From Candidatus Saganbacteria bacterium (GTDB lineage Bacteria > Margulisbacteria > WOR-1 > JAKLHX01), in the NCBI GenBank assembly GCA_026387835.1, contig JAPLKZ010000010.1, positions 114,325 to 146,324 of the forward strand: DNA of 32,000 nucleotides, written 5' to 3'. Both the position numbers and the translations under genes were made by a program. Below the pieces are notes generated by a model that saw nothing but the letters and a program-made list of their open reading frames with translations, was not told the origin of the DNA and ran no database searches. Shown here one piece after another: positions 9,098-17,899 of the stretch. The stretch's first letter is position 1, and each line of letters starts with the position of its first letter.

Positions 9098-10117
9098 TTA
9101 CTGGGTCTTGTCTTGTTTAATGGCGTCTATGAGTTTCTCGATCGGGAATTTCACGGTGATCTTATTTTCTGTTGCCGTTATCTTTGCGCCTATTTGCGGC
9201 GCCTCGAATATGTTAGGGCTTTCAAACCTCATGATGAGGAACACTTTGCCGTCTTTTGCTCCTTTTACCAGGAACTTATCCTTGTTCATGACCATCGTGA
9301 CTGAAGAAAGTATCTCGACCCTCTTCTCGCCCTGGAGCATTTTTTCTTTCATCGATATCAGGACGTTGGGCGCGAACTCTCTTTCCTGGACAACAAGTAT
9401 GTCGGGCAGCGGGCCTGACGGGCTTGTCAGGGTCTGGCCTCGGTAATAGAGCCCGCTTGAGGAGCCGCCGTCAAGATTCATCGCGTCCTTGCAGCCGAGG
9501 TCCTTCATTACAACAGCCAGTTCCTCGAATAAAACCCCTGAATTAATAGTAACAAAAAGAAGGTTCTTATCCCATGTGACGCCTACCGCGCTTCTGTTTC
9601 TCCTCGTAAAAAGGTTGGGATCTTTAAAGCCCTCCGCCCGCGCGTCAACGATGACCCTGCCTTCTTCAAGAAGCTTAGGACCGCAGGAGATGACCGTTTT
9701 GTAGCGACCCCAGTTCATGTGGCGGTACTTTTCCACGGTGATGAATTCGATGTTATTGTCCTCTGTGATGCCCATGGCTGTACCGAGCCCCCCGAAATGG
9801 ACAAGCTCACCGTTTATCACCACATCCCCTACAGGTTTATATGTCCTCTTGCAGAAGAAATTGCCGTTTATTGCCGCTACCGGGTCTTCACGGGCGACCA
9901 TTTTTTCGAATGATTCCGGCGCCGCAGGGAACTGCTTGGACATGACCGGAGTCACGGTGATATGGGGATCCTTAAGGTCGACCTTGACCACATCCACGGG
10001 AAATCCCCTTACCGTAAGGTGTTCATATGTGACTGACCCTGATTGGCCAAACGATACGCCGCCTCCTAAAAGGAATAGGCACATTGCTATTATAAAGATA
10101 ATATATATCGTTTTCAT
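9098..10117 (-). CDS. Exported phosphodiester glycosidase family protein (NAGPA-like)
   Basis: Signal peptide; VVKVDLKDPHITVTPVM, AAINGNFF, SCGPKLLEEG, RRNRSAVGVTWDKNLLFVTINSG, LKDLGCKDAMNLDGGSSSGLYYRG. Confidence 0.9.
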   Translation of the reverse strand: MKTIYIIFIIAMCLFLLGGGVSFGQSGSVTYEHLTVRGFPVDVVKVDLKDPHITVTPVMSKQFPAAPESFEKMVAREDPVAAINGNFFCKRTYKPVGDVVINGELVHFGGLGTAMGITEDNNIEFITVEKYRHMNWGRYKTVISCGPKLLEEGRVIVDARAEGFKDPNLFTRRNRSAVGVTWDKNLLFVTINSGVLFEELAVVMKDLGCKDAMNLDGGSSSGLYYRGQTLTSPSGPLPDILVVQEREFAPNVLISMKEKMLQGEKRVEILSSVTMVMNKDKFLVKGAKDGKVFLIMRFESPNIFEAPQIGAKITATENKITVKFPIEKLIDAIKQDKTQ

Positions 10118-10183
10118 AGGCTTATACTAGTTAATCGATTAAACTGAAAGAAAACTTGCAGGCAGAGATATCTATTTTATGGC

Positions 10184-11683
10184 TTATTTAAGCAAATAAT
10201 TTAATATTGTGAGCACGCCTGCCCCTGACGGTCCTTTGGCAAAATGGCGGAACTTCCTGTCAAGATCCGCTGTTCCAGCTATATCTATATGGACCCAGGG
10301 GGTGTCCTCGACAAACTTCTTGATAAATGTGGCCCCAGAGCTTGTGCTTGCTTTGCCAAGGTCTGAGGCATTTTTGATATCGGCAATATCACTTTTCAGG
10401 TATTCTTCGTATTCTTCATACAGAGGCAGTTGCCACAGCTTCTCGCCCGATGCCCCTCCCGCCGTGATCACGTCCCTGATGAAAGTCCGGTCATTGCCGA
10501 GTATGCCCGACGCCGCGTCTCCCAGCGCCACTATGCAGCCGCCGGTAAGGGTAGCTACATCCAGGATCTTCGTGACACCAAGCTTTTTTGCATAGGTGAC
10601 GGCATCAGCAAGGATCATCCTGCCTTCGGCATCAGTGTTTATTATCTCGATCGTTTTTCCGGACAGTGACTTGACGACATCCCCCGGTTTTGAAGCTATG
10701 CCTCCAGGCATGTTCTCGGTAAGCGGCATTACGGCAAGGATGTTCTTTTTTATCTTGAGTTTTGACGCGGCTTCCATGGAGCAGAGCACCGCCGCAGCGC
10801 CTGCCATATCGCCTTTCATCTCATGCATCTTTTTTGCCGGTTTTAAAGAGATCCCGCCGGAATCAAAAGTTATTCCTTTCCCGATAAGTGCCAGAGACAG
10901 CGGCTTATTTTTGCCCGCTCCAAAATACTTCAGGACAACGACTTTCGGCTCTTCGCGGCTTCCTTTTGCCACCGACCACAGGGCGCCCATCCCCATCTTG
11001 AGGATCTCCTGCTTGCCGAGTATATTACACTCAAGCCCGTTTTCAGCGGCGATTTTCTGGGCCTTTTTCGCGAACACGGACGGGGTCAGCATGTTTGACG
11101 GGATGTTCACCAGGTCCCTTGTATCGTTCACAGCTTCGCATATTATCTCTGAGATAGCCGCCGCTTTCCGGAACTCTTTTACTTTCTTTTTATCGTTGTC
11201 GACTATGACCTTTTCCTCGATCTTGAAGATGTCCTCTTTTTTATCGGTCTTGTAGCCCTCAAAATCGTATTCCGACAAAAGGGACGCTTCCACCAGGGCT
11301 TTGCACGCGTCAAAAGAAACAATGCCGGGCTCTCCGGAGCCGTGGACCACAGTGACGATCTTTTTTGCTTTTATCTTTTTTGCCGTTCTTACCGCGGAAG
11401 CTGCCGCTTCCCTTATCCTGTCGAGGCCGAACCCGGCCTTCTTTCCCAGGCCGACGATAAGGACGTGCCGCGCGGAAAAACCAGCCGGCGTGTGGATCAC
11501 GGTCACCGTTCCCGTTTTTCCCGTGATCTCTTTTGAAGAGATCAATTCTGATATCCGGCCTCCGAGCGCTTTATCCGCCGCGGCGGCAGCGCCCGACGGT
11601 TTTTCGACGCCCTCAAAAACATTCACGACCAGGACATCGCACTTTTGTTTTAAAAGATCCGAATTTTCTATATTAATTTTCAT
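10184..11683 (-). CDS. pepA: Leucyl aminopeptidase (M17)
   Basis: LIGKGITFDSGGISLKPAKKMHEMKGDMAGAA, NTDAEGRMILADAVTYA. Confidence 0.96.
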   Translation of the reverse strand: MKINIENSDLLKQKCDVLVVNVFEGVEKPSGAAAAADKALGGRISELISSKEITGKTGTVTVIHTPAGFSARHVLIVGLGKKAGFGLDRIREAAASAVRTAKKIKAKKIVTVVHGSGEPGIVSFDACKALVEASLLSEYDFEGYKTDKKEDIFKIEEKVIVDNDKKKVKEFRKAAAISEIICEAVNDTRDLVNIPSNMLTPSVFAKKAQKIAAENGLECNILGKQEILKMGMGALWSVAKGSREEPKVVVLKYFGAGKNKPLSLALIGKGITFDSGGISLKPAKKMHEMKGDMAGAAAVLCSMEAASKLKIKKNILAVMPLTENMPGGIASKPGDVVKSLSGKTIEIINTDAEGRMILADAVTYAKKLGVTKILDVATLTGGCIVALGDAASGILGNDRTFIRDVITAGGASGEKLWQLPLYEEYEEYLKSDIADIKNASDLGKASTSSGATFIKKFVEDTPWVHIDIAGTADLDRKFRHFAKGPSGAGVLTILNYLLK

Positions 11684-11690
11684 GGGCTAT

Positions 11691-12257
11691 TTAGAACTTC
11701 ACTTTGGGTGCCTGATCTGCCCCTTTTTGGGCTTCGAACATCGGTTTTACTTTTTCAAAACCGAACATGCCTGCGATAATATTTGTCGGGAACCTGCGTG
11801 TCGATATATTGTAGACCTGCACAGCTTCATTGTATTGGCCCCTTGCATAAGATATCCTGTTCTCCGTTCCTTCAAGACTGTCCATCAACTGCCTGAAATT
11901 CGCGTCCGCTTTCAGCGTCGGATAATTCTCGACGATCATCAAAAGTCTTGATAAAGCGCCTTCAAGACCGTTAGTCGCTTCTACTTTTTCCGACACGGTC
12001 CGCGCTCCGGCCAGTTTCGCGCGCGACTGCGCTATGCTTTTGAAGACATCCGCTTCGTGTATTTTATATCCTTTTACTGTTTCAACAAGGTTAGGTATGA
12101 GGTCTAATCTTCTCTGGTATTGCGTTTCGACCTGCGCCCAGGCAGTTGTCACTGCCACGTCCTTCGAGACCAGCCCGTTATAAGAAGTTATCACCCATAA
12201 TACGGCTACCAGAAGTATTCCTGCTATCCCTATCAGCCACATTATTCCTTTTGACAT
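11691..12257 (-). CDS. lemA: LemA family protein
   Basis: MSKGIMWLIGIAGILLVAVLWVITSYNGLVSKDVAVTTAWAQVETQYQRRLDLIPNLVETVKGY; NIIAGMFGFEK. Confidence 0.95.
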   Translation of the reverse strand: MSKGIMWLIGIAGILLVAVLWVITSYNGLVSKDVAVTTAWAQVETQYQRRLDLIPNLVETVKGYKIHEADVFKSIAQSRAKLAGARTVSEKVEATNGLEGALSRLLMIVENYPTLKADANFRQLMDSLEGTENRISYARGQYNEAVQVYNISTRRFPTNIIAGMFGFEKVKPMFEAQKGADQAPKVKF

Positions 12258-12285
12258 CTAACTTATCCTCCTTTCGATTATCTCC

Positions 12286-13188
12286 CTACCATGATCTTCC
12301 TGCCCCTCCGCCTCCTGATCCTCCGCCTCCAAACCCTCCGAAAGACCCCCCGCCTCCTCCGAAACTTCCTCCGCCAAATCCGCCGCCCCAGGTACCGAAC
12401 CCTCCGGAACCAAAATATCCGCCCCTGAAACCTCCTGCTCCCGAGGCCAGCCCCATTATAACACCAAAGATAAAACCCCCGACACCGGCGATTACGAGCC
12501 CGATGACGCCTCCGATCAATGCCCCGATCACGGCATTTCTGGTATTGTCTCCCATCTTTTTAGTGCTGGCAACTATGACTGAGACAACGAGCAGCACTAC
12601 AAGTATGCCGAGAAATATCATCATGCTTTTCTTCTTTTTCTCTTTTAGAGGCAAGGGTTTGTAATCTTTATAAATTTTCCTTGCTACCGCTATCGTACAT
12701 TTATAGAGACCTTCGCCGTAATGCTCCTGTTTAAAAGAAGGGATGATCTCTTCATCGATAAGTCTTCCGCAATAGCCGTCGGGAAGCACATCCTCAATGC
12801 CTTTTCCTGTCTCGATCTTGATGCGCCTGTCATCCTTAGACATAAGGATAAGCACGCCGTTGTCGAGGGCTTTTTTGCCAATCCCCCATTTATTGAAAAG
12901 CTCTACCGCGTAAGTATCTATATCCATCGGCTGAGTTGACTTTACCGTGACCACTACCACTTCGGCACTCGTCTTTTTTTCGAGCCTGATGAGTACCTGC
13001 CTCATCATTGCTTCGCTTGACGCGTCTATGACATCCGCATAATCGTTGACGTAGCCGACCGGTTTTGGGAATTTAAAGTCTGAGGCAGAAGAACTGGCAC
13101 AAGTTAAAGCAATTATCCCCGCAAAACAAAGCAATTTGGCGGCCATTCTTACTTTTGATTTTTGACTTGTATTTTTGACTTTACCCAA
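12286..13188 (-). CDS. TPM domain-containing protein (YgcG-like) with Gly-rich C-terminus
   Basis: PVGYVNDYADVIDASSEAMMRQVLIRLEKKTSAEVVVVTVKS...ELFNKWGIGKKALDNGVLILMSKDDRRIKIETGKGIEDVLPDG; C-terminal GGGSFGGFGGGGSGGGGAGRSW. Confidence 0.93.
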   Translation of the reverse strand: MGKVKNTSQKSKVRMAAKLLCFAGIIALTCASSSASDFKFPKPVGYVNDYADVIDASSEAMMRQVLIRLEKKTSAEVVVVTVKSTQPMDIDTYAVELFNKWGIGKKALDNGVLILMSKDDRRIKIETGKGIEDVLPDGYCGRLIDEEIIPSFKQEHYGEGLYKCTIAVARKIYKDYKPLPLKEKKKKSMMIFLGILVVLLVVSVIVASTKKMGDNTRNAVIGALIGGVIGLVIAGVGGFIFGVIMGLASGAGGFRGGYFGSGGFGTWGGGFGGGSFGGGGGSFGGFGGGGSGGGGAGRSW

Positions 13189-13597
13189 AAAATATCCCTG
13201 TCTCTCTTTTTGCGCTGGCTGCTGAATCCGACCCGTGAATTGTGTTCTTGATGATCTTCCCGTCCTGCTTGTCCGGTTTAAAATCCGCCCTGATAGTGCC
13301 TTTTTCCGCTTTTTCCGGGTCTGTATTTCCCATGAGACCCCGCATGACAGATACCGCCGACTCTCCCGCCACTTTCATGACCGTTACCTTGCCGGACATG
13401 ATATAGTCGACAAGACCGTTGTAAAAAGGCTTGTCTCTGTGCTCCCAATACAGGCGTTCTGCCTGTTCTTTTGTGACGTAGATATCTTTTTGTTCGGTCA
13501 CCAAAAGCCCTGCTGAACTTATTCTTTTTATTATCTCGCCCGCTAAACTTCTTTCCATCCCGTCCGGTTTAACGATGACGAAGCTCTGTTCTATCAT
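13181..13597 (-). CDS. ndk: Nucleoside-diphosphate kinase
   Basis: QSFVIVKPDGMERSLAGEIIKRI, YWEHRDKPFYNGLVDYIMSGKV, NTIHGSDSAASAKRE. Confidence 0.95.
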   Translation of the reverse strand: MIEQSFVIVKPDGMERSLAGEIIKRISSAGLLVTEQKDIYVTKEQAERLYWEHRDKPFYNGLVDYIMSGKVTVMKVAGESAVSVMRGLMGNTDPEKAEKGTIRADFKPDKQDGKIIKNTIHGSDSAASAKRETGIFFG

Positions 13598-13602
13598 TCT
13601 GT

Positions 13603-14985
13603 CTATTTCTTCCTCATCTCCACTTTTGCCGCTCTTATCGCGAACTGCACCTGCCGTCTCGCAGTTCCTCCGATGATGTCCCTGCTGTTCACGCTGTTCT
13701 CGATGGTCAGGTGGTCATGGATGTCCTCGCCTATCCTGTCGCAGAACTTTTTAAGGTCCTTTTTTGACATCTGGTAAAGGTCAAGCCGGTTGTCCACGCA
13801 GTAGCGCACTATCTCGCCTGTCACTTCATGAGCTTTCCTGAAAGGCAGGCCTTTCCCTACCAGGTAATCCGCAAGGTCTGTTGCCGTGAGGCATCCTTTT
13901 TCCGTGGCTTCATGCATCTTTGCCGCGTTTATCTTTGTGGTCTTTAGCATCTCTTCCATTATTATCAGGACCGCTTTTACCGTATCGATCCCGTCAAAAA
14001 GCCTTTCCTTGTCTTCCTGCATATCGCGGTTGTAGGCGAGCGGAAGGCCCTTCATGACCGTAAGTATGGCCATGAGATCCCCGAAGACGCGTCCTGTCTT
14101 CCCTCTTGTCAGCTCCGCGACGTCCGGATTCTTTTTCTGCGGCATGATGCTTGAACCCGTCGCGTAAGAATCGGAAAGGTCCATGAACTTGAACTCGCTC
14201 GATGTCCAGAGCACTATTTCTTCCGACAGCCTTGAGAGGTGCACCATCAGGATCGAGATGCACGCGAGGAATTCGATGACAAAGTCCCTGTCAGAGACTG
14301 CGTCTATGCTGTTCCTGGAAATGGATTTGAACTTGAGGTCTTTGGCCAGTTTTTTTCTGTCTATCCTGTAACTTGTACCTGCCAGCGCGGCGGAACCAAG
14401 CGGCATGACATCCATCCTTTTAAGGCACTCCGCCAGTCTTTCCCGGTCCCTGAACAGCATTTCGTAATAGGCCATGATGTAATGCGAAAAAAGGATCGGC
14501 TGGGCCCTTTGCAGGTGCGTGTAGCCCGGCATTATCGCCCCGAGGCTTTCCTCGGCTATCTTCAAAAGCGTCTTCTGGAAATTTTTTATCAGTTCCATAA
14601 TAAAGGCCGTTTCTTCTTTTAGATACATCCTCATGTCGGTCGATACCTGGTCGTTGCGGCTTCGGCCCGTGTGGATCTTTTTGCCCGCTTCGCCGATCTT
14701 CTGGGTTAGAATGGTCTCGATGTTCAGGTGGATGTCCTCATATTCTTTTTTGAACAAAGTTTTGCCGCTCTCTATTTCCTTTTCTATCTTTTTCAGGGAG
14801 GAGATTATCTGGGATGTCTCTTTTTGCTTCAGGACTTTTGCGCCTAACAGAGCTTTGGCATAAGCGATATTCAGAGCGATATCCTGTTTATAGAGGCGTC
14901 TGTCAAAATGCACCGAAGAGTTGAAATCTTCAAGCGTCATGTTTATCTCGGTCGAGAACCGTCCGGACCTTGCCGCGCTTTTCAT
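13603..14985 (-). CDS. argH: Argininosuccinate lyase
   Basis: HTGRSRNDQVSTDMRMYL, MPGYTHLQRAQPILFSHYI, TGSSIMPQKKNPDVAEL. Confidence 0.97.
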   Translation of the reverse strand: MKSAARSGRFSTEINMTLEDFNSSVHFDRRLYKQDIALNIAYAKALLGAKVLKQKETSQIISSLKKIEKEIESGKTLFKKEYEDIHLNIETILTQKIGEAGKKIHTGRSRNDQVSTDMRMYLKEETAFIMELIKNFQKTLLKIAEESLGAIMPGYTHLQRAQPILFSHYIMAYYEMLFRDRERLAECLKRMDVMPLGSAALAGTSYRIDRKKLAKDLKFKSISRNSIDAVSDRDFVIEFLACISILMVHLSRLSEEIVLWTSSEFKFMDLSDSYATGSSIMPQKKNPDVAELTRGKTGRVFGDLMAILTVMKGLPLAYNRDMQEDKERLFDGIDTVKAVLIIMEEMLKTTKINAAKMHEATEKGCLTATDLADYLVGKGLPFRKAHEVTGEIVRYCVDNRLDLYQMSKKDLKKFCDRIGEDIHDHLTIENSVNSRDIIGGTARRQVQFAIRAAKVEMRKK

Positions 14986-14988
14986 TTT

Positions 14989-16182
14989 TTATCTCCCCAT
15001 GCCTTTCATCTGAAGACCGAAAAGGTTGATGAATCCTTCCGCATCCTTCTGATTATAAACTTCGTCTTTTTCAAAAGTAGCAAGTGAGCGGCTGTAAAGC
15101 GACTTTTTTGCTTTTCTCCCGGCCACAGTACAGTTGCCTTTAAATAATTTTATTCGTACGGAACCCGTAACATTTTTCTGCGTGCTGTCGATAAAAGCAT
15201 CAAGAGCTTTTCGCAGCGGCGAGAACCACTGCCCGTTATAAACGATCTCCGCGTATTTTTTGGATATCAGTTCTTTGTAATGCGCGGTCTCACGGTCGAT
15301 CGTTATCGATTCAAGCGCCTTATGAGCCGCATAAAGAATAGTTCCTCCCGGAGTTTCGTAAACGCCCCTTGATTTTATCCCGACAAGCCTGTTCTCTACT
15401 ATGTCGATCCTGCCTATTCCGTTCTTGCCGCCGATGTTGTTCAAGCTTTGTATCAGAGCGACAGCAGTTATTTTCTTTCCGTTAAGGCTGACCGGTACTC
15501 CTTTTTCAAAACCTATTTCTATATAAGTTGCTTTACTTGGCGCTTTTTCAGGTGATACCGTTAGGATGAACATGTCATCCTTCGGTTCTTTCCACGGGTC
15601 TTCAAGGATGCCGCCCTCGTAACTGATGTGCCAGAGGTTCCTGTCCATTGAATACGGTTTTGCTTTTGTCGTGGTAACAGGAATATTGTTTTCCTTGGCA
15701 TAATCGATCTCATCCTGCCTTGACTTTAAATCCCACTCTCTCCACGGAGCGATTATTTTCAGTTCCGGAGCAAGCGCTTTGAATGTCAGCTCGAACCTGA
15801 CCTGGTCGTTGCCTTTTCCCGTGGCGCCGTGGGCCACTGCATCGGCTTTTTCTTTTATAGCTATCTCCACTTGTTTTTTCGCGATAAGCGGCCGCGCGAT
15901 GGAAGTGCCCATAAGATAATCGGCTTCATATACCGCTCCGGACTTCAGCATCGGAAAAAGAAAATCTTTCGCGAACTCTTCCTTCAGGTCCTCGATATAG
16001 ATCTTCGACGCGCCTGTCTTCAGAGCTTTTTCCTTGAGACCTTTCAGCTCTTCCGCCTGCCCCACGTCCGCCGCAAAAGCGATGACCTCGCATCCGTAAT
16101 TATCTTTAAGCCACTTGATCATTATCGAGGTATCAAGGCCTCCGCTGTAAGCCAGAACTATCTTGTTCACTTTTTTCTTCAT
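14989..16182 (-). CDS. argG: Argininosuccinate synthase
   Basis: [51 protein letters not shown]. Confidence 0.98.
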   Translation of the reverse strand: MKKKVNKIVLAYSGGLDTSIMIKWLKDNYGCEVIAFAADVGQAEELKGLKEKALKTGASKIYIEDLKEEFAKDFLFPMLKSGAVYEADYLMGTSIARPLIAKKQVEIAIKEKADAVAHGATGKGNDQVRFELTFKALAPELKIIAPWREWDLKSRQDEIDYAKENNIPVTTTKAKPYSMDRNLWHISYEGGILEDPWKEPKDDMFILTVSPEKAPSKATYIEIGFEKGVPVSLNGKKITAVALIQSLNNIGGKNGIGRIDIVENRLVGIKSRGVYETPGGTILYAAHKALESITIDRETAHYKELISKKYAEIVYNGQWFSPLRKALDAFIDSTQKNVTGSVRIKLFKGNCTVAGRKAKKSLYSRSLATFEKDEVYNQKDAEGFINLFGLQMKGMGR

Positions 16183-17108
16183 TTATTTTCTCCAATCAGT
16201 TTTACTAATACAGCTTTCTGCACGTGCAGCCTGTTCTCGGCCTGGTCGAACACTATGGAGTTACTTCCGTCCATCACATCATCAGTTATCTCCATTCCCC
16301 TGTGCGCGGGCAGGCAGTGCATCACAAGCACATCCTTTTTGGCATTTTTTAAAAGAGCTTTATTGACCTGATATTTGGCAAAATCTTTCGTTCGTTTTGT
16401 TGTTTCTTTTTCCTGTCCCATAGACGCCCACACATCGGTATAAATGACATCCGCATCTTTGACCGCTTTGACAGGGTCTTTTTCGATATCCACACCCTGC
16501 ATCTCATAACCTTTTGGACAGCATAAAATAAAATCCATATCGACCTTTTTACAAAGTAAAGCAAGTGATCTAGCAACATTGTTCCCGTCACCGATAAAGA
16601 CCATCTTCAGTCCTTTGACATCGCCTTTCTTTTCCATGACAGTAAAGATATCCGCCAGCGCCTGGCACGGGTGCTCGGCATCGGAAAGCGCGTTTATTAC
16701 GGGAACGGAAGCATATCGCGATAATTCTTCGACATTCTTATGTTCGAACGTCCTCAAAGCTATCAGGTCAACATACCTTGAAAGCGTGCGGGCCACGTCT
16801 GCATAGGACTCTCTCTTGCCCACCTGTACCATTCCGGCTGAAAGCGAGACAGCGTGGCCTCCGAGCTGGTACATGCCTACCTCGAACGATACACGTGTCC
16901 TGTTCGAAGGTTTCTCAAAGATCATTGCTATCGTGCGCTCTTCGAGCAGTTTCTTGTTCGGATATTCTTTTAACTCGCCGGTCAATTTATATATATCAAT
17001 AATATCTTGAAAAGATAAATCATTAATTGAAACGAGATGCTTGCACCGAGCCTTGTCGGGATTGTTCATAATTATATTATTATAAGTTTTATTACTTGCG
17101 TTTGTCAA
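16179..17108 (-). CDS. argF: Ornithine carbamoyltransferase (preferred start 17069, see findings)
   Basis: [53 protein letters not shown]. Overlaps the argG start by 4 nt. Coordinates follow the ORF track; the first 13 codons overlap a consensus promoter. Confidence 0.95.
   Translation of the reverse strand: MTNASNKTYNNIIMNNPDKARCKHLVSINDLSFQDIIDIYKLTGELKEYPNKKLLEERTIAMIFEKPSNRTRVSFEVGMYQLGGHAVSLSAGMVQVGKRESYADVARTLSRYVDLIALRTFEHKNVEELSRYASVPVINALSDAEHPCQALADIFTVMEKKGDVKGLKMVFIGDGNNVARSLALLCKKVDMDFILCCPKGYEMQGVDIEKDPVKAVKDADVIYTDVWASMGQEKETTKRTKDFAKYQVNKALLKNAKKDVLVMHCLPAHRGMEITDDVMDGSNSIVFDQAENRLHVQKAVLVKLIGENK
17031..17060. repeat. Repeat-family copy inside the argF 5' coding end
   Basis: aacgagatgcttgcaccgagccttgtcggg is 26/30 identical by hand count to aacgaggtgcttgcactgagctttgtcgag at 17748..17777. 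Confidence 0.65.
17079..17108 (-). promoter_or_regulatory. Sigma70-type promoter for the argFGH cluster
   Basis: Minus strand TTGACA (17108..17103) - 18 nt - TATAAT (17084..17079), both perfect consensus hexamers, followed by aatataattATGAAC. Confidence 0.75.
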
Positions 17109-17131
17109 ACTTCATTCAGTTATGATAAAAT
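17102..17131 (+). promoter_or_regulatory. Divergent sigma70-like promoter for the plus-strand ORF
   Basis: TTGTCA (17102..17107) - 18 nt - TAAAAT (17126..17131), then aaggaga RBS and ATG at 17153. Confidence 0.45.
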
Positions 17132-17152
17132 ATATACAAGGAGAATATAATC

Positions 17153-17692
17153 ATGGTCACACCTTTAGGCCAAAAACAGCCTTTTTCGGTATCAGCCGCG
17201 CCGAAAAAAACCCAGACCGTCGAAACCGACTGGAAAGGCAGGGTAAACAAGGCCGCAAAATCAGCTGTCTCAAACAACCCAAAGCTCGATCCTAAAGCGA
17301 TACTTGCCGAGATCAAAAACTTGAACGGGCTTATCAGGCAGGAATACAATGCCGCCGGCAAACTGGTCACTGTTGAAGACAGCCGGCTAAATCAAGGGTC
17401 TCCTTCATATATTATTTTTCCGCCCGGAATGAAGGCGATCAGCGCCATGAAATATAACGAGGTCATGCTTATGACAAGAGCGGCGCACGTCCTCGGCGCC
17501 TTATCTTCCGCCGCCCCGGGAAAAACAGAAACTGTCACCCGGTCCAAACTCAGGCAGGCTGTCGCGGTTATCCAGGAACAGCATCAGATCAAGGTCGATG
17601 ATTATGAAAAAGGCAACAAAGTGGGTTTTAACACAATTAACGCCTTCATAGAAGAACTTGAGGCCCTGATTAAGGCCGGAAGTAAACCCTGA
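17153..17692 (+). CDS. Hypothetical protein, 179 aa
   Basis: Only plausible plus-strand gene; RBS aaggaga 7-8 nt before the ATG, upstream promoter-like sequence, not nested in a coding gene. MVTPLGQKQPFSVSAAPKKTQTVETDWKGRVNKAAKSAVSNN... Confidence 0.75.
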   Translation: MVTPLGQKQPFSVSAAPKKTQTVETDWKGRVNKAAKSAVSNNPKLDPKAILAEIKNLNGLIRQEYNAAGKLVTVEDSRLNQGSPSYIIFPPGMKAISAMKYNEVMLMTRAAHVLGALSSAAPGKTETVTRSKLRQAVAVIQEQHQIKVDDYEKGNKVGFNTINAFIEELEALIKAGSKP

Positions 17693-17749
17693 TCATACCA
17701 AGCGTATTAATTATCCTATTATCTTTTGAATAAATTCATTTATGGAAAC

Positions 17750-17803
17750 GAGGTGCTTGCACTGAGCTTTGTCGAGGTGCTTGCACTGAGCTTTGTCGAA
17801 GTG
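17750..17803. repeat. Tandem 24-bp direct repeat, two exact copies plus a partial
   Basis: (gaggtgcttgcactgagctttgtc)x2 at 17750..17773 and 17774..17797 followed by gaagtg; intergenic between the convergent 179-aa gene and giant gene ends. Confidence 0.85.
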
Positions 17804-17899
17804 TTTCATAGAGGTAAATGTAGCATAGAACATATCGAAAATCAAAATGGAAAATACGGAAATAATCGGTAATTATTGAGGGTAAATCAGCACGAATAT

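Noticed and set aside
9090-9446. 118 aa plus-strand ORF
   Set aside because: Antisense to the phosphodiester glycosidase-family gene whose motifs are clear.
12146-12664. Polyproline plus-strand ORF (PPPPDPPPPNPPKDPPPPP)
   Set aside because: Antisense reflection of the Gly-rich C-terminus of the TPM protein.
13994-14263. 89 aa minus-strand ORF inside argH
   Set aside because: Out-of-frame overlap with a well-supported argH.
16349-16591. 80 aa minus-strand ORF inside argF
   Set aside because: Out-of-frame overlap; basic/low-complexity and no family match.
17116-17370. 84 aa minus-strand ORF
   Set aside because: Antisense to the 179 aa gene, which has RBS and promoter support.
17750-17797. 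CRISPR-like direct repeat
   Set aside because: Two abutting 24-mers without spacers and no cas genes; a simple tandem duplication of the dispersed repeat.
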